Origin: a virus
Reading direction: 5' to 3' (one strand)
IMG/VR virus record: IMGVR_UViG_3300034375_003182
Span: 1-64,000 of that record
Length of the DNA stretch: 64,000 nucleotides
Numbering within the stretch: position 1 is the first letter of the stretch; each line of letters begins with the position of its first letter. The translations under genes and the position numbers were made by a program. This document shows, one piece after another, positions 1-5,910 of the stretch. The notes beneath the pieces were generated by a model. The model worked only from the letters and a program-made list of their open reading frames with translations. It was not told where the DNA came from and searched no databases.

Positions 1-104
1 AAATTTTTAACTACCAAAATCTTTGAGAGCGTAGGGGTATTATGAAACACACCCCACCTTAAGTAGAGTATTAACAGTACCCCCGGGTACACAAAACTAT
101 TGAT

Positions 105-404
105 ATGCAAGAGAACATTGCAGGTGTAGTAGTAGGTTCAGTAGCTCGTTCCTATGAAGGCAACACATACTACAGAGCTACAGCAAAGACAGCAGAAGGA
201 CTGATTTCCTTTAAGATAGCAGAGCGTCCAGCTTCAGGACAAAATGTATTGCTAGACATTTACAAGAAAGGCACCAAGCTACCATTTGGAGATGGTTCTA
301 TTCTTGAGAAAGATTTAGCAGTATGTAAGTTAGATAACTTCGATATTGAGGTTGTGAAGACAGCAGACGCATTGCTAAAAGAGCTAGAGGGTATTACATT
401 GTAA
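105..404 (+). CDS. hypothetical early protein
   Basis: 99-aa ORF with ATG start after an AT-rich leader; no recognised motif. Confidence 0.7.
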   Translation: MQENIAGVVVGSVARSYEGNTYYRATAKTAEGLISFKIAERPASGQNVLLDIYKKGTKLPFGDGSILEKDLAVCKLDNFDIEVVKTADALLKELEGITL

Positions 405-426
405 TACTCTTTATCTATCAACACAA

Positions 427-491
427 CATTAGTGTGTGAGTGTGTCAACTAGACTGCATTCACCACTTTTGTGGGTCTTTCACATTTAGTG
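427..491 (+). ncRNA. putative three-way-junction structured RNA
   Basis: 427-436 pairs with 481-491 (one bulge, GU pairs); 437-446 pairs with 452-462; CCAC/GTGG hairpin 463-474; intergenic. Confidence 0.4.
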
Positions 492-521
492 TCATTATTA
501 ACCATTACATTATATATCATT

Positions 522-584
522 ATGGACGAAGGCGAATGGCTAGACTGGATAATGGGAATTAGATTCCATAGTTATCCATACTAA
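522..584 (+). CDS. 20-aa micro-ORF MDEGEWLDWIMGIRFHSYPY, ending 1 nt before hammerhead 1
   Basis: ATG 522 after AT-rich leader, TAA 582-584; too short for the ORF track. Confidence 0.4.
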   Translation: MDEGEWLDWIMGIRFHSYPY

Positions 585-585
585 A

Positions 586-632
586 GATAATCTGATGAGC
601 TTTTATTAAGCGAAACACTATGTGTCATTATC
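586..632 (+). ncRNA. hammerhead ribozyme, type I (HHR1); predicted cleavage after C626 (GUC)
   Basis: Stem I GATAAT(586-591)/ATTATC(627-632); core CTGATGA 592-598; stem II GCTT/AAGC; GAAA 612-615; stem III CAC/GTG; GTC triplet 624-626. Confidence 0.93.
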
Positions 633-647
633 AAAATATATAGAAAG

Positions 648-693
648 GTCGTGATATTCGACGTATTCCTAAGCAAGAAGACAAAAGGCTTTT
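648..693 (+). ncRNA. small hairpin plus compact H-type pseudoknot
   Basis: GTCG/CGAC hairpin 648-662; GT-TTC/GAA-AC stem 663-682 with loop AAGC(671-674) complementary to GCTT(688-691) after an A-rich linker. Confidence 0.5.
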
Positions 694-710
694 TTAAAGA
701 TATTTAAGAT

Positions 711-823
711 TACAGGAGCTTAACATAATAGAGTGGTCGATCTCTTTATGACAGGCAGGTTTGATCACCTGTGCCGACAGAGGCAGTTGAACTACAAGGT
801 AGATTCAATCCTGTTGCTCCGTA
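711..823 (+). ncRNA. multi-stem structured RNA with perfect four-way junction and kissing loop; family not recognised
   Basis: P1 711-719/816-823; P2 724-733/742-750; P3 751-755/810-814; P4 756-760/767-771; P5 772-775/782-785; P6 786-795/799-809; loops GGTCGA(735-740) and TTGATC(761-766) are complementary. Confidence 0.75.
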
Positions 824-824
824 C

Positions 825-903
825 AAAATAGCCTCACTCGTAAGACGGAAGGGAAGGAAGGATACCGATGACTAAATGTCAACGCAGAGTCTGGGCTTGT
901 TTT
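825..903 (+). ncRNA. putative structured RNA with purine-rich GGAAGGGAAGGAAGGA segment
   Basis: AGCC(830-833)/GGCT(894-897) closing stem; TGAC/GTCA hairpin 869-881; CGG/CCG flank the purine run; fold ambiguous. Confidence 0.4.
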
Positions 904-910
904 TAACAAA

Positions 911-960
911 GATATACTGATGAGTCTTCAATAGACGAAACACTGTAAAGTGTCTATATC
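911..960 (+). ncRNA. hammerhead ribozyme, type I (HHR2); predicted cleavage after C954 (GUC)
   Basis: Stem I GATATA(911-916)/TATATC(955-960); CTGATGA 917-923; stem II GTCT/AGAC; GAAA 937-940; stem III CACT/AGTG with GTAA tetraloop; GTC 952-954. Confidence 0.95.
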
Positions 961-965
961 AACCA

Positions 966-1208
966 ATGTTATATATTATGTCTTATTATACTTACGGCAG
1001 ACTAAAGTTCTGCTATCAATTGTTAGCGTTTCTTACAGGTATTGTATCTATAATACTTGCAATATTCGCTATTGTTAATACTTCAATTTTGTACGGCTGC
1101 GCAACAGCTGTTACAATAATGCTAACTGCAGCGTTCATCAAAAGATCTGAGATGTATCAGACAAAGATGGACAACTGGAGTTACAAACACTATTTAGACA
1201 ATGAATAG
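966..1208 (+). CDS. small membrane protein (2 predicted TM helices)
   Basis: Two hydrophobic stretches; start may be ATG 978. Confidence 0.75.
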   Translation: MLYIMSYYTYGRLKFCYQLLAFLTGIVSIILAIFAIVNTSILYGCATAVTIMLTAAFIKRSEMYQTKMDNWSYKHYLDNE

Positions 1209-1341
1209 TAATTATACCCTCAAGGACTTAAGAGTACTAGTTGTACTCTTTGTCCTTGCGGTGTGGTTAACATCATGTTCCTCACCGAAAACATTGACAG
1301 GAAATGGATATGTAAAATCACATTGTAAAATGAAACGATGA
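1201..1341 (+). CDS. small lipoprotein (46 aa), missing from the ORF track
   Basis: MNSNYTLKDLRVLVVLFVLAVWLTSCSSPK...; lipobox LTSC; overlaps both neighbours (ATGA at 1338-1341). Confidence 0.7.
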   Translation: MNSNYTLKDLRVLVVLFVLAVWLTSCSSPKTLTGNGYVKSHCKMKR

Positions 1342-1526
1342 AATATCTAATTATACTTATTTGTATCATAGCTCTAGGTAGCTGTGGTACAACACGTAGT
1401 CTTGAGCGTGCTAAGCTCGACTATGAACTTGACCAACTGTGGTCAGAATACAATTACAAAGCTGATTCTATTTGGATTCAGTATAATAATACAATCTCGG
1501 TGGATGCTCCTTCACTAACTGAATAA
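1338..1526 (+). CDS. small lipoprotein
   Basis: MKYLIILICIIALGSC signal peptide II with lipobox LGSC. Confidence 0.8.
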   Translation: MKYLIILICIIALGSCGTTRSLERAKLDYELDQLWSEYNYKADSIWIQYNNTISVDAPSLTE

Positions 1527-1561
1527 GCTTTACGCTAAAGGTTGGACGAGATATAATCAAG

Positions 1562-1640
1562 CAATGTATCCTGGGGGAGCAAGGCCAGTCGTGGCTACTG
1601 CTTAATATACCTACGAGAGGTAGTCCTACGGATACACTTG
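1562..1640 (+). ncRNA. putative three-way-junction structured RNA
   Basis: TGTATCC(1565-1571)/GGATACA(1630-1636) extended by TGGGG/TCCTA; arm GAGCA..GGCCA-GTCG-TGGCT..TGCTT; arm TACCT-ACGAG-AGGTA. Confidence 0.6.
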
Positions 1641-1648
1641 ACATAATA

Positions 1649-1770
1649 TAATAACAGGTGTAACAATAAGCCTAGTGGTTAGTGATAACCTTCTAGAACT
1701 AGTGACGAACAGTAGAGGTGCCTCAAAGGGGAATGTAACATCGAGAAAAACGGCTGCTGACCTGTTATTA
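1649..1770 (+). ncRNA. putative multibranch structured RNA
   Basis: Perfect 11-bp closing stem TAATAACAGGT/ACCTGTTATTA; AGCC/GGCT inner stem; GGTTA-GTGA-TAACC GNRA hairpin; further short hairpins 1691-1741. Confidence 0.6.
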
Positions 1771-1777
1771 GTAACAT

Positions 1778-1870
1778 AAAGAGAGTTGGTTAGTGCACAT
1801 AACCACCATCCCGATACAAGTGAAGCGGTGAAATACAGAAATAAGACTAGGATCTGTACTCTCTTTTTTA
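1778..1870 (+). ncRNA. putative multibranch structured RNA ending in a U-tract
   Basis: 9-bp stem AAAGAGAGT/ACTCTCTTT; TGGTTA/TAACCA arm; ACAGA/TCTGT arm. Confidence 0.55.
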
Positions 1871-1950
1871 TAATTAACAGAGGACACTGCTGAAAGTGTG
1901 TCATTGCTAACCACAATATATAATTACTAATTTATTAAATCTAAAAGAAA

Positions 1951-2193
1951 GTGAAAGAAAATGAAAGACTAATTTGGACAGTAACTTACAGTTGCGATGA
2001 ATCGGGTGACACTACAGTGCCACTAAACTATCACACTTGCCAAAGAACATCAGTTTTTGGTAATAGTGAAGAAGCTCATGACTTTTATTCTCAATGCATT
2101 GGGCAGAAGGATATTAGACAGATAGCTATATCTTATGATGACTTATGTCGTGCAAAATACGATGTTATAGACATAGACAAACTTAATTATTAA
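1951..2193 (+). CDS. hypothetical protein
   Basis: 80-aa ORF, GTG start after AT-rich leader. Confidence 0.65.
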   Translation: MKENERLIWTVTYSCDESGDTTVPLNYHTCQRTSVFGNSEEAHDFYSQCIGQKDIRQIAISYDDLCRAKYDVIDIDKLNY

Positions 2194-2211
2194 TTTTTTA
2201 ATCCATTAGAA

Positions 2212-2850
2212 ATGACAAATGCGATGAACAGTGGTAGTATCCCCACTCTAAATGAGAATGATACACTATTGTACAGAATCTGGTCTACAAGTTCAGACAA
2301 AGTACAGCTAGAATTTATTGAAAATGTAAACAATCCATACAGAAGTGGTGGTGGTGCAGGTATAAACTTATTATATCTTGCTAACAAATCAGATGTAAGA
2401 TTTACTCGTAGAGGGTATCGTGCATGGTTGACTGGTACTGCTGAAGATGTTTACCCATTATTCAACATTGATCCTAACCATGTAGCTAATAGCTGGCAAC
2501 ATGATGCTGAAAGAGATAAGAATTATGTTGAACTAAACATTGTTAATCCAACTGTTGTTGGTGTAGCTAGTCCTGATGGCGAAGTTGTTCGTGCTAGAGT
2601 TCAGATTACTGAATCTACAGAGCCTAACGCTTGGCAAGCTGAAGATCCAGAGAACCGCTGCAAGCGCAAAGGTAAAGATGGTGAAGTTATGCTACACAAT
2701 GGAAAGAAAGTATTTATGAATGCACAAGTTGTATCATGTTATGGTGACACAGCTGCAGAGCAAACATTCTTGAAGACAGACACTGCTGTTGTACAAAACG
2801 CAGATGCCTTGGATAAGTTTGCAGATGTTGCAGGATTAAACCTAGGATAA
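2212..2850 (+). CDS. hypothetical protein
   Basis: 212-aa ORF with protein-like composition; function not recognised. Confidence 0.8.
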   Translation: MTNAMNSGSIPTLNENDTLLYRIWSTSSDKVQLEFIENVNNPYRSGGGAGINLLYLANKSDVRFTRRGYRAWLTGTAEDVYPLFNIDPNHVANSWQHDAERDKNYVELNIVNPTVVGVASPDGEVVRARVQITESTEPNAWQAEDPENRCKRKGKDGEVMLHNGKKVFMNAQVVSCYGDTAAEQTFLKTDTAVVQNADALDKFADVAGLNLG

Positions 2851-2857
2851 TATAAAT

Positions 2858-2904
2858 AATTTAGGTATATCATTTGTTTGGTATACCTAAATTTACTATA
2901 TTTG
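2858..2904 (+). promoter_or_regulatory. Bacteroidota-type promoter overlapped by a 12-bp inverted repeat
   Basis: TTTG 2873-2876, 20-nt spacer, TATATTTG 2897-2904 (consensus -33 TTTG / -7 TAnnTTTG); AATTTAGGTATA 2858-2869 and TATACCTAAATT 2882-2893. Confidence 0.7.
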
Positions 2905-2952
2905 TAAAGTTTTATAAAGAATATTTATACATAATTATCTAAATCATTGAAA

Positions 2953-3144
2953 ATGAATACATTAATAAAAAGCGCAGGTAAGGTAGTAGCTACAGTATCT
3001 GCATCTCATAATGTCACAGTAACTGAAAAGCAGATTACTATTGACTTATTTACTACCACGACTAAAACCAAAACCAAAAGACGTGGAAGACCTGTAGGGT
3101 CTAAAGCTAAGAAGTCTACTAAGACTACGAAGAAGACAGCCTAA
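2953..3144 (+). CDS. small basic protein with AT-hook-like motif
   Basis: KRRGRPVGSK within a K/T-rich tail; ATG 2953 preferred over TTG 2947. Confidence 0.7.
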   Translation: MNTLIKSAGKVVATVSASHNVTVTEKQITIDLFTTTTKTKTKRRGRPVGSKAKKSTKTTKKTA

Positions 3145-3174
3145 TCAATAGACTGTTAATACTAATTGATAATG

Positions 3175-3199
3175 AAGGGGCCTTGTGCCCCTTTGTTGT
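3175..3199 (+). terminator. intrinsic terminator
   Basis: AAGGGGC/GCCCCTT stem followed by a T-rich tail. Confidence 0.65.
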
Positions 3200-3214
3200 C
3201 TAATTCTATTTATC

Positions 3215-3412
3215 ATGCAGAATACTACTTTAACTAGAGGAGAAGTATCTCTTCTTATACACAGCGTACAGCGCACTTTAATTAAGCTAGAGCAATATGA
3301 TTCTAGTAGTGAGTTGGTTAGAAAGCATAGACTTCTTATCAACAGATTATTAGATATAGAGCAGGCACTGAACGAAGAAATAAAGAAAGAACCAATAACA
3401 ATATATAAATAA
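3215..3412 (+). CDS. hypothetical protein
   Basis: ATG 3215 (MQNTT); the listed GTG 3185 lies inside the terminator hairpin; TAATG overlap with next gene. Confidence 0.65.
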   Translation: MQNTTLTRGEVSLLIHSVQRTLIKLEQYDSSSELVRKHRLLINRLLDIEQALNEEIKKEPITIYK

Positions 3413-3642
3413 TGGGAAAGATGAAAGAGTTATATGCAGCTATTCAAGAGGGAGAGATAGAAACCTTAAGACATAAGATTAGATCAGCTGAGCAACAAGG
3501 TCAGCCAGAATTAGAATGGCAAGGTAAATTTGTATCCACAACATATGCTACATATCTAGTACAATTTAGTGATACATTCTTAAAAGAACTAACAGATGAT
3601 AACATTAGTAACGCAAACAACAAGTCTGAGCGACTCATATAA
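3412..3642 (+). CDS. hypothetical protein
   Basis: 76-aa ORF translationally coupled to the previous gene. Confidence 0.7.
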   Translation: MGKMKELYAAIQEGEIETLRHKIRSAEQQGQPELEWQGKFVSTTYATYLVQFSDTFLKELTDDNISNANNKSERLI

Positions 3643-5485
3643 GCTAGGCACTATTCAAAATGTGGTAGACTATTGCCACGACAAAGAAGTTCTAGGTGTT
3701 GATACAGAAACTGAAGGATTTGACTTTACTTGCAAGAAGATGATTATGTTCCAGATTGGGGACGAGCATCAGCAGTTTGTTATAGACACTAGGTTTATTG
3801 ATATTACACCTTTAAAAAATATATTAGAATCGCCTGCTATTATAAAGATATTTCACAATGCTAAGTTTGACTACAAGTTTATTAAAAAGTGGTCAGGTAT
3901 AGAATGTGATGGAGTTTATGATACGTTTTTGGTTGAAAGAATACTATCTTGTGGTCGTCACATAGGTTATGGACTGAAAGACCTCTGTAAACGCTACTTA
4001 AATGTAGAGTTAAATAAAGAAATCAGAAACCAATTTATAGGGTTATCCGGCCAAGCTTATCGTGATGACCAGATAGTATACGGTGCCAAAGACGTAGAAT
4101 ATTTATGTAAGCTTCGTAAGCTACAGTTGCCTAAGATAGAAGAGTTTAAACTACAGAGTGTAGTAGAACTTGAAAACCGTGCAGTGTTAGCATTCTCTGA
4201 TATTGAATACAATGGTATTGATATTGATAAAGATGCTTGGGAGGTCATTGCACGTGCAAGCGAACAAGAAGCCTTGGACATGAGAGATAAATTAGATGAC
4301 CTGGTAAAAATCGTCCCAGAGTTGTCGTGCTTTGTGTTAACTCATGTTCAAGGTGACTTGTTTACTCCTATTGAAGATATACGTAAAGTTGGGGTCAAGT
4401 GGACTAGCCCTACACAAGTTCTAAAAGTATTTCAAAAACTAGTCCCTGAACTAGAAGATGTTAACGGTAAGAAAATGTACAAGTACAGACGTAAGCACAA
4501 AGTCATTGATTTGTATGTCAAATACAAAGAAAAGATGAAGCTTGCTACTTCTTACGGTAAAGACTTCTTTAAATTTGTTTCAAGCGATGGTAAAGTACAT
4601 ACGCAATTCAATCAAATACTTGACACTGGACGGGTCGCATCCAAGAAGCCAAACATGCAACAGATACCTGCGGATAATAAGTTCCGTAATTGCTTTTTGG
4701 CTCCTGACGGCTGGTGTTTCGTCAGCAGTGACTATTCTTCTCAAGAGCTTAATGTAATTGCATTTGGCTCTAGTGATCCTGTATGGATTAAAGCTCTTCA
4801 AAAAGGACAAGACTTACACAGTGTGTGTGCTGATCTTGTATACGGACAAGAGTGGATAGATGCGGCTGAAGATGACTGTAGTTATATGAAGAACAAAAGC
4901 AAGTGTAAATGTCCTAAGCACGGTAAACTACGTACAAATGTTAAGACTATTAACTTTGGACTAGCCTATGGTATGGGACCACATAAACTTGCGGATACTC
5001 TTGATATAAATACAAAGGCAGCTGAAGCTCTGATTAATAAATACTTTGAAGCGTTCCCAGCTATTGGCGGGTTCCTAGATAAACTAGGCAGCTTTGGCAA
5101 AAAGTTTGGTTATATCAAAACATTTCCACCCTACAACAGACGTCGTTGGTTTCCTACATGGTACCCTCGTATCTATAAAGACAAGAGCCAGGCTTTTGAG
5201 CTTGGTAGTATAGAGCGCGCTAGTAAGAATACACCTATACAAGGTGCATCTGCTGACATGACTAAGAAAGCTTTGATTCTTATCAGAGACCACATTAAAC
5301 TGTATGACTTACCTGTAAAGATAGTTATGACAGTACATGACCAGGTAGACACTATATGTAAAGAGAGCATAGCAGAAGAGTGGGTGATTACAATGACAAG
5401 ACTAATGGAGCAAGCAGCTCTTGAGGTAGTTACGAACGGTCTGTTGAAAGCAGACACAAATATTAGTAAATCATGGGAAAAATAA
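3596..5485 (+). CDS. polA: family A DNA polymerase (3'-5' exonuclease + polymerase, no 5'-3' exonuclease domain)
   Basis: Exo motifs DTETEG, HNAKFD, YGAKD; TGRVAS..PNMQQIP; motif A DYSSQEL; motif B RTNVKTINFGLAYG; motif C VHDQ. Confidence 0.96.
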   Translation: MITLVTQTTSLSDSYKLGTIQNVVDYCHDKEVLGVDTETEGFDFTCKKMIMFQIGDEHQQFVIDTRFIDITPLKNILESPAIIKIFHNAKFDYKFIKKWSGIECDGVYDTFLVERILSCGRHIGYGLKDLCKRYLNVELNKEIRNQFIGLSGQAYRDDQIVYGAKDVEYLCKLRKLQLPKIEEFKLQSVVELENRAVLAFSDIEYNGIDIDKDAWEVIARASEQEALDMRDKLDDLVKIVPELSCFVLTHVQGDLFTPIEDIRKVGVKWTSPTQVLKVFQKLVPELEDVNGKKMYKYRRKHKVIDLYVKYKEKMKLATSYGKDFFKFVSSDGKVHTQFNQILDTGRVASKKPNMQQIPADNKFRNCFLAPDGWCFVSSDYSSQELNVIAFGSSDPVWIKALQKGQDLHSVCADLVYGQEWIDAAEDDCSYMKNKSKCKCPKHGKLRTNVKTINFGLAYGMGPHKLADTLDINTKAAEALINKYFEAFPAIGGFLDKLGSFGKKFGYIKTFPPYNRRRWFPTWYPRIYKDKSQAFELGSIERASKNTPIQGASADMTKKALILIRDHIKLYDLPVKIVMTVHDQVDTICKESIAEEWVITMTRLMEQAALEVVTNGLLKADTNISKSWEK

Positions 5486-5910
5486 AATTATATAAACTAG
5501 ATGCAAACGTTGCAAGAATACTTGCTACTGTGTCTAGACTTACTGAGGTCCCAATCAGTAAGATTAGAGGTAAAACCAGAAACGGTGAAGTAGTTGCGGC
5601 TAGACGTATATGTATGGTGCTTATTAATGATAAGTTAAAATACAGCTCTACTGTAAATGCTGCTATATTTCATAGAGATCATGCTACAGTGCTGCACGCA
5701 TTTAAAGTGCATGCAGATCTTATGGATGTAGATAAGGCATATGCAGAGTTCTTTAATATATGTGAAATAGCTATAGGAATTAAAGGTATGTCAGATTCTA
5801 ATGATAAAGATGAAATGATAAAAAAGTTTGCAGCTCGTGTGGAATATCTTGAGCATGAAAATGAAGAACTGCAAATGCAAATTAGTAAAATACAAGTAAT
5901 ATTATCATGA
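5473..5910 (+). CDS. DnaA C-terminal (domain IV)-like HTH protein with coiled-coil tail
   Basis: VVAARRICM...FHRDHATVLHA resembles the DnaA domain IV RDHTTVLHA signature. Confidence 0.8.
   Translation: MGKIKLYKLDANVARILATVSRLTEVPISKIRGKTRNGEVVAARRICMVLINDKLKYSSTVNAAIFHRDHATVLHAFKVHADLMDVDKAYAEFFNICEIAIGIKGMSDSNDKDEMIKKFAARVEYLEHENEELQMQISKIQVILS

Noticed and set aside
711-825. tRNA or tmRNA
   Set aside because: The GGAGC/GCTCC stem looks acceptor-like, but there is no proper T-arm (GGTTCRANTCC), anticodon arm or CCA end; I found no tRNA in the window by eye
748-831. 27-aa ORF MTGRFDHLCRQ... inside the ribozyme cassette
   Set aside because: The start codon is buried in helix P2 and the sequence is fully explained by base pairing
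1626-1916. 96-aa minus-strand ORF
   Set aside because: Antisense to the early transcription direction, no protein-like features, and overlaps the RNA structures
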